64,000 nucleotides of DNA from a virus: the IMG/VR virus record IMGVR_UViG_3300031772_000014, positions 11,151 through 75,150 of that record; one strand, written 5' to 3'. Shown here piece by piece: positions 37,477-46,988 of this stretch; position 1 is the stretch's first letter; each line of letters opens with the position of its first letter. Both the position numbers and the translations under genes were made by a program. The notes below the pieces were generated by a model. It did no database searches and was not told the origin of the DNA. It worked only from the letters and a program-made list of their open reading frames with translations.

Positions 37477-37976
37477 CCCGTCCTTCGTTCCACCAGATCT
37501 ACATGGACTTGGCCACGAGCCTGTCCCAGCGTTCGACCTGCTCCCGCCTCTCGGTGGGGGCAGTGATCACGAGTCCCGACTTCCGGAAGGTCTACGCGGT
37601 CGGGTACAACGGCAACGTGTCCGGCGGAAAGAACGACTGCGACCGTCACGGGGAAGAAGCCGTGGGCAACTGCGGATGCATCCACGCCGAGCAAAACGCG
37701 GTCATCAACTGCGACACGGCCCGGCACCATGAGAAGATCGTGTTCTGCACGCACCTACCCTGCATGCAGTGTGCGAAGTTCCTCATCAACCTCGGGGGCG
37801 TGAATGGGGTCTACTACCAGACCGACTACAGGCTGAAGGACTCGCTCCACCTGTTCGCCTTCCACAACATCCTGACCGGGCACCTCAGCGGTCCCGACGT
37901 TCACCCCAACGACGCGTACCAGGCCAGCCTGTCGGCGTTGGCCAAGTACACCCTGGAGAAGGAGAAGAAGCCATGA
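37473..37976 (+). CDS. dCMP deaminase
   Basis: RSTC.R..VGA, GYNG, HAEQNA, PCMQC. Confidence 0.9.
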   Translation: MTRPSFHQIYMDLATSLSQRSTCSRLSVGAVITSPDFRKVYAVGYNGNVSGGKNDCDRHGEEAVGNCGCIHAEQNAVINCDTARHHEKIVFCTHLPCMQCAKFLINLGGVNGVYYQTDYRLKDSLHLFAFHNILTGHLSGPDVHPNDAYQASLSALAKYTLEKEKKP

Positions 37977-38734
37977 TCATCGGAATCGCCGGCAACGCCG
38001 GCGTGGGTAAGGACACGGTGGCGGACCACCTCGTGAAGAACCACGGCTGCGTGAAGGTCAGTCTCGCGGACCCCTTGAAGCGCATCTGCCGGGACGTCTT
38101 CAACTTCTCGGAGGATCAGCTCTGGGGTCCGAGCGAGAAGAGGAACGAGCCGGACAGGCGGTATCCGCGCACGTACGCTGTAGCGGTCCCGGAAGGCAGT
38201 GATTACGTACTCCTGCGGGAGGACGGCACGGTGAAACCTAAGGCCGAGTGGCCGGTACTGGAGTACCTCACGCCTCGCCACGCCCTCCAGCAGCTCGGGA
38301 CTCAGTGGGGGCGGTCCTGCTACCCAGACATCTGGGTCGACTACGCACTGCGGGTCGCGCAGGCGTTGCTCAAAGGGTCAGCTACGCAAGCTACCAAGTA
38401 CGAGGCCCCGACGTATGAAGACTGGGAGCACCCCGGGTACGACCCACGCGTAGGGCTGGAAGCCTGGAGAGTCAGAACGAAGGCATCCATCGCCAAAGGT
38501 GTCGTCATCCCCGACGTTCGCTTCAATAACGAGGTGGAGGCCATCCGGGCAGCCGGCGGGGAGGTCTGGAAGATCACCCGGCCGATCCCCCGACTCGAGG
38601 GCGCGGCAGGGCAGCATCAGTCCGAGACCGAGCTGGACGGCATCGACCCCAAGCTGTTCCACGCCTTCATCGAGAACAGCGCGACCCTCGAGAAGCTCTA
38701 CCAGTCCGTCGAGTTCTGCCTGGAGAAGAAATGA
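37973..38734 (+). CDS. Deoxynucleoside monophosphate kinase
   Basis: MIIGIAGNAGVGKDT, LADPLK, PRHALQQLGT, DVRFNNE, HQSE. Confidence 0.9.
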   Translation: MIIGIAGNAGVGKDTVADHLVKNHGCVKVSLADPLKRICRDVFNFSEDQLWGPSEKRNEPDRRYPRTYAVAVPEGSDYVLLREDGTVKPKAEWPVLEYLTPRHALQQLGTQWGRSCYPDIWVDYALRVAQALLKGSATQATKYEAPTYEDWEHPGYDPRVGLEAWRVRTKASIAKGVVIPDVRFNNEVEAIRAAGGEVWKITRPIPRLEGAAGQHQSETELDGIDPKLFHAFIENSATLEKLYQSVEFCLEKK

Positions 38735-39399
38735 ACGACCCATTCGCCAAGAAGCCCCACGGGGTAAGGCAGCAGGTTGCTTCCGGTGGTCTCAGCATCG
38801 GCAAGAGCGTCGGCATCGCGAACTCGAAGCTCGAAGAGATCGTGATGAAGTTCCGGACGCTCGGCGGTCCCAATGGGATCGAGGCCGACATGAAGACGAA
38901 GGGGCCGGCTGAGTTCTCGAAGCCGAGCTCGGCCCCGATGGAGATCACCCCGGAGATGCTCTCCACCACCAACCCGGACGAGCTCAGCCGAGCGCTCGCT
39001 GAGCAGAACGCCTGGCTGAACTACTACTCGCCCATGATGGCAACCGTGGAGTCCGGGCTCGCAGAGAGCGAGAACATCATCACGCTGGTCGAGGCGCAGA
39101 TCCGCAAGGACATGCTCGAGATCAACAAGACCACGAACAAGGGGGAGAAGTTCTCGAAAGAAGAGATCGACGCGGAGGTACTCACGAACCCGACCTACCA
39201 GGACTGCCTTCTGGAGGTTCAGAAGATGAAGCAGTACCGGTTTCAGATCGACGGGTACATCAACATCGCGAACAGGAACGTCCGCACGGTCTCGAGGCAA
39301 ATCTCCTTGCGAGGGCAGGAGTTGGACGGGAGCAACCGGGAGGCCAACGTCGCGAAAGCGGGAGGCGGGGGTCGTCGCTACGGCCCACTGCGCGGCTAA
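38731..39399 (+). CDS. Helical hypothetical protein (possibly UvsY-like mediator)
   Basis: Coiled-coil character, recombination context; function is inference. Confidence 0.5.
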   Translation: MNDPFAKKPHGVRQQVASGGLSIGKSVGIANSKLEEIVMKFRTLGGPNGIEADMKTKGPAEFSKPSSAPMEITPEMLSTTNPDELSRALAEQNAWLNYYSPMMATVESGLAESENIITLVEAQIRKDMLEINKTTNKGEKFSKEEIDAEVLTNPTYQDCLLEVQKMKQYRFQIDGYINIANRNVRTVSRQISLRGQELDGSNREANVAKAGGGGRRYGPLRG

Positions 39400-39878
39400 T
39401 GATTCGCATCGACCTCGTGGGCCTTCCGCCGTCGTCCAACAACGCCTACGTGGAACTGCCACCTATCGTGAGGGGAAAGAAAGTCATCCCCCGCGGTAGG
39501 CGGCTCTCGGCGGAAGGTGAGAAGTACAAGCGGGAGACCATCACGCACATCGTGAGGAACTACCCGAATGAGCTCTCGCAGGTAAAGCCCGACGTTGGGT
39601 TGTTCCTGTACGTGCGCTTCTTCTTCGAGGCGCTCTACAACAAGGGGTGGCCAAAAACAGCGGAAACACGGTACAAGAGGATTGACGTTACGAACCGGGT
39701 CAAGCTCCTCGAGGACTGCGTGAAAGATGCCTGCGGCATCGATGACTCGCAGAACGAGTTCGTTCTCCTCGAGAAGCGCCAAGGCCCGGACGCGACGGTT
39801 GTATTCATCTGGAACCTAGACAAGGAGGTGCCCCCTGGACTTGACGAGCTCTCACGACTCTTACTGGGACCGTTGTAA
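39399..39878 (+). CDS. rusA: RusA-like resolvase (ends at 39863 if TTA is a stop)
   Basis: PPSSNNAY, DVTNRVKLLED...IDDSQ; in-frame TTA at 39861, five codons before TAA. Confidence 0.7.
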   Translation: MIRIDLVGLPPSSNNAYVELPPIVRGKKVIPRGRRLSAEGEKYKRETITHIVRNYPNELSQVKPDVGLFLYVRFFFEALYNKGWPKTAETRYKRIDVTNRVKLLEDCVKDACGIDDSQNEFVLLEKRQGPDATVVFIWNLDKEVPPGLDELSRLLLGPL

Positions 39879-40191
39879 CCTGACGGAGCTTTACCAAGTA
39901 TGCCGTCGAGCGGGGCTACAAGTTCTCCCGAGCTACCCTCGCGAGAAGCTGATTGCCCTACTCGAGGGTGAAGAAGTAGAAGAAGAAATCAGTCATCCCG
40001 TTGACGCCTGGCGGGATGCACTCATGCGATTCATCGATGACTACTGGGTGAAGATCCAGAGCCAGATAACGTGTCCGGCAAAGAGCCGAGATCCGAAGGC
40101 ATGTTACGGATGTACCGATACCCAGGTGTACTCGTGCCTGGTGAAGAACGAACCGTTGTTGACTCAGATCACGAAAAGGAAAAGACCATGA
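39841..40191 (+). CDS. Hypothetical Cys-containing protein
   Basis: TTG start with AAGGAGG upstream; CPA...CYGC...C. Confidence 0.6.
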   Translation: MTSSHDSYWDRCNLTELYQVCRRAGLQVLPSYPREKLIALLEGEEVEEEISHPVDAWRDALMRFIDDYWVKIQSQITCPAKSRDPKACYGCTDTQVYSCLVKNEPLLTQITKRKRP

Positions 40192-40760
40192 CCACTGTCG
40201 GCAAGACCACCGTGAACACCGCTCCCCGTGACAAGGGGCAGCTCGTCCGCCTCGGACGTTTCCAGCTTCGCGCCCTCGCGCTCGAACTCGGGCTGGTGGC
40301 CACCGAGGACAGCAAGACCGCCTACGCGGCCATGACCGTGGAGGACCAGGCCCAGGCAATCCTGGATGCTCTGAAGGCACAGGGCGGTGCCCCCTCGGCC
40401 CCCTCGGCGCCTGCCGCTCCCGCGGCCGACAAGCCGAAGCGCACCCCGGTGGGCGCTCCCCAGACCCAGGCCCCCACGCAAGCCCCCGCGGACACGAGCG
40501 GCAACCTCGACGTCGTGATGGAGGTGCTGACCAAGGTCCTCGAGAACACGGCGCTCCTCCACGAGAAGATCGACGCCATCAACGAGAAGCTCGGTCGCTC
40601 GGAGATCGACTCCGCGCTGGGGCTCACGCTGGGACTCATGCTCGCGGAACAGAGCATGGGCGCCGGGCGGGACGACATCCTCACGGCCGTCTTCGAGGAT
40701 GCCCCCGGCATCCAGGCGAAGGTGACCGCGACCCTGGGAAAAGGGAAGAAGAAGAAGTAA
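40188..40760 (+). CDS. Hypothetical two-domain protein with Pro/Ala linker (possible -1 frameshift isoform to 40813)
   Basis: ATGA-coupled start 40188 with AAGGA SD; ends GKGKKKK. Confidence 0.7.
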   Translation: MTTVGKTTVNTAPRDKGQLVRLGRFQLRALALELGLVATEDSKTAYAAMTVEDQAQAILDALKAQGGAPSAPSAPAAPAADKPKRTPVGAPQTQAPTQAPADTSGNLDVVMEVLTKVLENTALLHEKIDAINEKLGRSEIDSALGLTLGLMLAEQSMGAGRDDILTAVFEDAPGIQAKVTATLGKGKKKK

Positions 40761-40811
40761 GGGCGTGGCCGGGCGCCAGGTGGCCGACACCTGAAGAGCT
40801 CGAGGACGAGT

Positions 40812-40842
40812 AGAAGGGCGGGGGTAACTCCCCGCCTTTTCT
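40812..40842 (+). terminator. Intrinsic terminator ending the replication operon
   Basis: AAGGGCGGGG-gtaact-CCCCGCCTTTT. Confidence 0.7.
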
Positions 40843-40843
40843 C

Positions 40844-40990
40844 TAGCCCTGCTTGTAGGTCACAGGACACATCCGTGTAGCGGCGGCTAAACAGCCAGGT
40901 GGAAGACACGAAAACACGAGCCCAAGCCACCACCCCTCGAATGCCTGACGTGTCTCTTCTTCGTTGTCCTGTGACCTACAAGTAGAGCTA
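40844..40990. repeat. 147-bp element bounded by long inverted repeats
   Basis: CTTGTAGGTCACAGGACA (40852-40869) and its perfect reverse complement (40965-40982), extendable to 26 bp with 2 mismatches. Confidence 0.85.
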
Positions 40991-41437
40991 CCGGGAACGT
41001 AGCAGGTACGCGGTGGTGAACCCCACCGCCAAGGTTCCCGTGACCCCCACCGCAACCCCAAACCAGGTGGTGCGGTAGAACGCGGGGCTCTGGGCTTCAG
41101 CAAGCTGCCGCTGGTAGTCGCTGGTCACGACCTTGAACTGCTCCTCCCGTACCGACAGGGAGGTCTTCAGGAAGTCGATCTGGGCCTGGTCGGTCTTCCG
41201 CTGAAGCTCCACGTCGGCCACCAGGCGAACCCGGCACTGCTCGAGGTAGTGCCCCCACCGGATGGCGGTTGGGTTGTCGAAGAGCTGCCCGGAGTACGGG
41301 GCCGGCTGACCCTGCCCCACGGGCTCGATACGGTCCTCCCCGGGCGGGATGGGGACCAGAGGGGCCACGGGGTCCGCCAGGGCCCTCGTGGACAGCGTGA
41401 GGGCCATCAGGGCGGCCAGGAGGGCGCGGTGGTTCAC
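40988..41437 (-). CDS. Signal peptide, coiled coil and C-terminal TM protein (spanin-like?)
   Basis: N-terminal signal ending ALA-D; C-terminal hydrophobic helix; lysis-like cluster. Confidence 0.55.
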   Translation of the reverse strand: MNHRALLAALMALTLSTRALADPVAPLVPIPPGEDRIEPVGQGQPAPYSGQLFDNPTAIRWGHYLEQCRVRLVADVELQRKTDQAQIDFLKTSLSVREEQFKVVTSDYQRQLAEAQSPAFYRTTWFGVAVGVTGTLAVGFTTAYLLRSR

Positions 41438-42003
41438 CGGGGCACCGGGGCAGGCTGGTTGGGGGTTACGGCATGCAGAACCCCTGCCCCAAGAGCACCG
41501 GCCCCGAGACCCGCCGCGGCCCCCATCGCACCGTAGGTTGCCCCACCGATGTTCTGGATGTGCGGATGGACGATCTTGAGGGCCTCCGCGCCGCCGGCTC
41601 CTTGTAGGGCCGCCCGCGCGTGCATGTTGTTGCTAAGGGTGGCGTGCATAGCTGTACCTGGTGCCGTGATGGAGCGCCCCCTGAGCACACCCGCTGTACC
41701 CAGCGCGGCTGCACCAAGCCCAGCCCCGATCATGAGCTTCTTCCCAAGGCCCATCCCCTGCTGCTGCGGTGGCGGCTGGGGTGGCACCGGAGCCCCGAAG
41801 GCAATCTTCTGGAGCTCATCCGCCATGGCCCCGTACGTGACCGAGGACATCTTCCGGAGGTTCCGCTCGTGGTTCAGGATGGACCCCACGACGAACAGGG
41901 CTGGGTTCTTCGCGGCAAGGCGTGCCTTCATGCCGGCCTGCATCCCCTTGTTGCTCATGACTGGAGGCGGGGACCATCCCTCCTCGTGGGCTTGCTTGTT
42001 CAT
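41434..42003 (-). CDS. Gly/Ala-rich protein with MADELQKIAFG motif
   Basis: Same motif and glycine-zipper segments as 19732..20700. Confidence 0.6.
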   Translation of the reverse strand: MNKQAHEEGWSPPPVMSNKGMQAGMKARLAAKNPALFVVGSILNHERNLRKMSSVTYGAMADELQKIAFGAPVPPQPPPQQQGMGLGKKLMIGAGLGAAALGTAGVLRGRSITAPGTAMHATLSNNMHARAALQGAGGAEALKIVHPHIQNIGGATYGAMGAAAGLGAGALGAGVLHAVTPNQPAPVPR

Positions 42004-42323
42004 GACTGGACCTTCTTTCCGATGTCCTTGAGGAAGTCGTTCACGGCCTTGCCGTCGTCACCCAGCTTGTCGGCTTCCTTCTTCTGCCCGACCACGACGT
42101 TCTCGGTGATCTCGTCGTGGTCATCCTTGGCCTTCTGGATGTCCACGACCTCCTTGACCTCGGCCGCTTCGATCTTCTTCTGGGCCTCGTCGGCTGCCTT
42201 CTTCTCCACCGGGGCCACGACGGGCGTGACGGGCTTCCCACGAAGGGTAGCCACCAAGGCGACCACGATGGCGATGATGGCGATGAGACCGCTACCAACC
42301 ACCATCAACGTGTCAGAGCTCAT
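42000..42323 (-). CDS. N-terminal TM plus charged coiled coil (i-spanin-like)
   Basis: Topology read from sequence; next to the holin-like gene. Confidence 0.5.
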   Translation of the reverse strand: MSSDTLMVVGSGLIAIIAIVVALVATLRGKPVTPVVAPVEKKAADEAQKKIEAAEVKEVVDIQKAKDDHDEITENVVVGQKKEADKLGDDGKAVNDFLKDIGKKVQS

Positions 42324-42715
42324 GCCTTGGGTCCCTGGGGCGGGTCACTGTCTCCGATGACCGCGTCGGGGATCTTGACCCCGGCCTCCTCGGCCTTCTT
42401 CTTCAGCACGCTCTTCGCCATCTTGTACACGAACCCCGAGAATCCCCCGCAGACGATCCCGTACACGAACCGGGTCGAGTGCGCGGTCACGAGCGCGGGG
42501 AACGGGTACTTGATGAAGATCGAAGCCGCCGCGGCCCCGACCACCATGGGGAGCATGTAGAGCACGATCTCGTTCCACCACCAGTTCTCTCGAGCGCCCC
42601 TCCAGACACGCTCGATGACCTTGCGAAGCCCCACGACCAGCAGGGCCACGAACAGGCAGAAGATGAGCGTCCAGGGCCACACGAATGCCACGAGGTCTGT
42701 GATGAAGGTGTCCAT
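42320..42715 (-). CDS. Holin-like protein with 3 TM segments
   Basis: Three hydrophobic segments, basic C-terminal patch, AGGAG SD. Confidence 0.55.
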   Translation of the reverse strand: MDTFITDLVAFVWPWTLIFCLFVALLVVGLRKVIERVWRGARENWWWNEIVLYMLPMVVGAAAASIFIKYPFPALVTAHSTRFVYGIVCGGFSGFVYKMAKSVLKKKAEEAGVKIPDAVIGDSDPPQGPKA

Positions 42716-42729
42716 GTTGATCTCCTAGG

Positions 42730-42927
42730 TTACCTGTTCGGGACGTGGTCCGCGATGATCACTTCACCGTTCGCGTGAACGGTAATGACCCCCACGGTAC
42801 CCTTGCGTTGACCCACGGCCTGGATGGCCTGCCAGATCTTGATCCCAAGTGCCTGGTCCATCATCGGGTCCACGTTGTTCACGTTGATTACCTGATGTGG
42901 CCCGAAGGTGAAGCTGTATGTCGACAT
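42730..42927 (-). CDS. Small hypothetical protein (65 aa)
   Basis: GAGG SD; fills the gap in the late operon. Confidence 0.6.
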   Translation of the reverse strand: MSTYSFTFGPHQVINVNNVDPMMDQALGIKIWQAIQAVGQRKGTVGVITVHANGEVIIADHVPNR

Positions 42928-42936
42928 ATCGTGACC

Positions 42937-43950
42937 TCAGAAGGCAGGGAGGACAGTTCCGTTGACCCACACCGTGACCCGCCCAGAGCTCAGGACATGC
43001 GGTGCGGCGGTCTCGAAGGTGGTCTTGAGGGTGATCCTATCCACGGCAATCACACCCACAGTCCCTGGGAAACTTACCAGGGCTTGTTGACTTCCACCGC
43101 TTATCGCAGTCCACGCTGACAATCGGTCAGCGGATGGCCATCCCTCGTTCACGGAGAAGTTCCTGTCAGATAGGCCTGCCCCGTATGACCTGTCTGGCCC
43201 AGTAACTTGGAAGTCCCTGAGCGTGGTGGGGCTCCTTTGTCCAGCGGAGAACCCTAGCCAGTAAAGAGTCCAAGGGTCTCCGTAAAGGATCTCGAAGCTA
43301 CCGGCTGGGTTCAGGGACTTGATTTTCAGGAAGTTGCCGACAAGGCTCACCGAGGCCCCGCCACCAAGTTGAACCTGTAGCGCGACCTGTAGCGCCAGGA
43401 GACTGGTCCAGTTTAGGGTAGTTACAGTGACTACCCCGACCACCCCATCCAACTTGTATCCGAAGAGACCGTCGTAGGTCACGAAGGGGTACGTGTAGAG
43501 CCCTACATCCGCGCCAAGGATGGACGGTTCCAGCGCACCGATCCGCAGCGTACAAAGAGGGACCAACAAGGTCCCGGCAGCAGCAAGTCCTGCCGAGAGC
43601 GTAGCGGTGGTGGTCGTGTCTCCGGCCGAACCAGGGACGATGATTGGGTGCGACAACGCCAGGCCGATTGACTCGATGAGGAACGCCGGTTTCTGCGGAA
43701 CCGCCACGGTGTCGACAAGGTGCCCCGGGTTCAGCGGCGGCAACCAGATGTCATTGAAAAGGACAACCCCACCAGGCCCAGACGAAAGACCATTGAGCAC
43801 GATGTCTCGCGCGAAGGAGAACTTGGCCCCAACGCCACCACGTAGGTCAGCGTTCGTGGTACCGACACCGTTGGGGTACGTGGTGATCTCCGGGTCGTAC
43901 AGGAAACCACGCTGCGTGTTGACGAAGAACTTTGGGTAGGTGCGGTCCAT
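42937..43950 (-). CDS. Tail-associated protein (337 aa; MDRTYPKFF...), merged with the upstream gene in the ORF track
   Basis: TTAGGA-tcgaac-ATG: an SD-like site and ATG follow the in-frame TTA at 43960. Confidence 0.6.
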   Translation of the reverse strand: MDRTYPKFFVNTQRGFLYDPEITTYPNGVGTTNADLRGGVGAKFSFARDIVLNGLSSGPGGVVLFNDIWLPPLNPGHLVDTVAVPQKPAFLIESIGLALSHPIIVPGSAGDTTTTATLSAGLAAAGTLLVPLCTLRIGALEPSILGADVGLYTYPFVTYDGLFGYKLDGVVGVVTVTTLNWTSLLALQVALQVQLGGGASVSLVGNFLKIKSLNPAGSFEILYGDPWTLYWLGFSAGQRSPTTLRDFQVTGPDRSYGAGLSDRNFSVNEGWPSADRLSAWTAISGGSQQALVSFPGTVGVIAVDRITLKTTFETAAPHVLSSGRVTVWVNGTVLPAF

Positions 43951-43959
43951 GTTCGATCC

Positions 43960-46293
43960 TAACGGTACCGGGTAACCGCCGGTCCTCTCCCAGAAGATGT
44001 TGTTTCCTAGCTGCCTGCCCACGTAAACGTCGATGGCCCCATTCGGCCCAAAGGTCGGGGTCAAGAAGATGTCCAGTAGGTTGAAGAACGTGGGGACCGG
44101 TACCAGGAAGGCGCTATCGGAGAAACATCCGATGAGAACCAATGAAAGGCTGGTGAGTGGGTTCTGTCGGTGGATCACCAACCTCACCTCGCTATCGATC
44201 AGCGCATTGATCGACACGTTCCTGAGAGCAACAACCAGTAGCGGGCTTGGACCCACGTACGAGGTAGAGATGAAGATGGACAGACCATCGTAGGTGGGGA
44301 CCGGGACGATGTTGCTCGCGGTAACGATGGTCTGGATGCTCTGGCCAAGCTGCTTGCCGGCCACGATGCCGTTGTAGTTGTTGAGCGGCCCGTACGCCAA
44401 CACGTTGCCGGCAAGGGCCAGGATGTTGCCCTGCTGGGAGATGATATCGTCGATGAAGGTGGCGGACTTCATGGAGATGCTGCCCACGAATGAGAAGATC
44501 CCACCAGAGCCGGTAAGTATCGACTTGGTTTCGTACGTGGACCCGGTGTTGCCGACCGACAACACTCTGTTGAAACCACCCCACGCGAAGGCGGTGTCGT
44601 TGAAGGGATCTTGACCTTGCGCGTATACCTGCATGAACCCGGTCGGTACTTGTTGAAGCAGCAAATCTGTAACCTTGGGGGGTTGGGCGTACACCATTCC
44701 CCGCGGGATGCTGCCGAACGGAAGCGAGCCGTCTGCCTCTCGCTTCTCGTCGATGCCATCACCCACGAAGAACTCCATGCTGAGCCAACGCGTGAGTAGT
44801 CCCTGGGTGCCCGTGAGGACATCCGGTTGCTCCCCATCGACAGACACAATCAAGCAGTTCTGCGCCGAAGAGGCGAAGAGCTTCTCGATGAAGTACGTCC
44901 GGCGGCGTAGCGCAAGGCCGGTCGAGTCGACGTGCTCTATCTCGAGCATGTCGTACCCAACAGAGATGGCCGAGATGCGGTCAGGACCAACCGTCAGCCA
45001 GAACCGGTTTGGTGCGGTCATGGTCAGAAGGGTTCGCCCCGGTACCGTGACCTTGTCGAATACCACCAGGGAGTTGGGCGTGATGGCCGTGAAGTTGCTG
45101 GACTCTGAGGGCTGCGTGTCCGTCCGGGGAGATACCCCCAGGAACTTCGCCATGCCCGGAAGCGGGGCACTGTGGGTAAGGCTGATCAGAGCGTTGGTCA
45201 GCGAACGACCACCGTAAGCCACGAACCCAGAACCGCCGCCGAAACCCTTCTGGGCACCAGGACCGGAGATGTCGAAAAAGTCATCGAGATGCGCGGTCCA
45301 GATGGCATCCAGAGGATCCAGGTACATGGTCCGGTACGCAGAGTCGGTGTTCCAGAAGTCACGCTGGCTCCACCCGCTCATGGCCGGGCCGGTACGCTGG
45401 TACCAGCTACCACCACCGGCCTGGTTGTGCTGGATGGCCGGCAGCCCGCTGTTGGTCGGTACCGTCGCGGGGATGTCGGCCACGGTACCCCGGCGATACC
45501 GCTCGTTCATGCCACTCAGCGCCAGGTCCCAGACCGTCGACACGTAGGGGCTGTTCCACCACGTGGATACACTGGGGGTTCCGTTCAACCTGAAGAGCTG
45601 CTTGACTACTTGATCCGCGGCCCCGACCTGCCGGCGCCCGATGGGGTCCGGGGTAGCGGTGCTGAGGTACCGGTGGACCCGGTAGTGAACCCGGAAGACC
45701 GACCAGGGCCGACCAGGCACGATGGGGACGTTGAGGTTGAGCGTCACCGCGCCGGCGGGAAACCCGGAACCGATCACCGCGCCCGCGATGCTCGCCACCA
45801 CGACCTTCGTGGCCGGGGGCACGAAGAGCTCATTCCCGAGCGTGTCCGTGACGACGAATAGTTCCTGCGGGCTCGTGGCAGGTGCATCACTCACAAACGG
45901 GAAGTCCGCGGCAGGGATGACCACACTGGTAAGGTTGCCAGGGCCTGCATTGCTGTACCCACGGAAGGTAGGAACCGCAAAGCTGTTGTGGAGGAGGTCA
46001 TCGAGGTAGTCGATGTTCTCCGCCAGGGCGCCATGGCCCCTGTTCGCGTCTGACGCGGTCGCGTCCTCCCCGAAGGCCCAGAAGTACGTGCCCTGGTTCG
46101 GCCCACCGATCTTCTGCCCCACAGCACCGAGGAAGTTGTCCACCGGGGCCGAGCCGAGACCACCCACACCACCGCTCGCGACGTTGATGTAGTCGTAGGT
46201 CTTGCCGGTGGTCTGTGCGGCCGAACCGCCAGTCGGAATCGAAACGGCGAAGAGCCAGGCGGGGTTCGTGAAACGGTGAAAGCGGGTGGGCAT
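43960..46293 (-). CDS. Tail-fibre-like protein 2 (777 aa), ending at TTA
   Basis: Full-length paralog of 46989..49181 (FHRF, NRG..AL.EN.D.LDD, DPL.A.W, GYD..EI, AWGGF, DVY.G). Confidence 0.65.
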
Positions 46294-46303
46294 CTGCGGC
46301 TCC

Positions 46304-46978
46304 TAACGGGAGGGCTGCGAAGTCGATGACTTCGTGACCGATGATGTTGACGAGGAGCACCGGCGGAACCCCAGCAAACCCCGTGATGGCGTTCACGAAG
46401 CTTTCGTTCCTGACCTTGATGGCAAGCTCGAAGGAAGTGAGAAAGCCTCCGATGGCCAGCGGGACAGCTACAGTTTCGAGCGTTCCTGGGATGGCGAGCA
46501 AGAGCGTCTGAGCGGCAGGTAGCGCGACACCCGTACTTGACCAGATGGCGCCGCCAAAGTCGTTCTTGGGGGTGGTGTCGTTACGACGAATCTCGATGAA
46601 GAACGACGCACCAGCGGTCTGCGGGTTGATGAGCCCGATAGCCCCACCGGTCAGGACTTCCACCTGATCGATGACGAAGAATGTCTTGTCAGTCGAGAAC
46701 TTGTCAACCGGGCGAGAGAACTGAAGGATACGGGTCCAGAAGTTCGCAGGCCCAGGGTTGAAGAACTCCGTGGGGTAGATGAGCGCGAAGTCGTTCACCG
46801 CACCAGCCGCGATGTTGTTCTGTAGCTGTACCCGCGTCTGGATGCGAACCTGGTTGCCCGTGTACCCCCTGGGACGAGGAGGGTCTCCACTTCCGTTCAC
46901 GCCCACAGGCGCAGGCGAACCCCCCGAGGTTGGGATCCACTGGTAGCGCGACGAGTACCCTGAAGAGACCTTGGACAT
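46304..46978 (-). CDS. Tail-associated beta-rich protein (224 aa), ending at TTA
   Basis: Protein-like up to ...VIDFAALP, then TTAGGAG and the next ATG 10 nt later. The standard code adds 102 junk residues. Confidence 0.65.
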
Positions 46979-46988
46979 GGTGGATACC

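Noticed and set aside
42937-46293. 1118-aa single tail protein as given in the ORF track
   Set aside because: Paralogy with fibre1 ends just before TTA 43960, which is followed by an SD-like site and ATG; two genes fit better.
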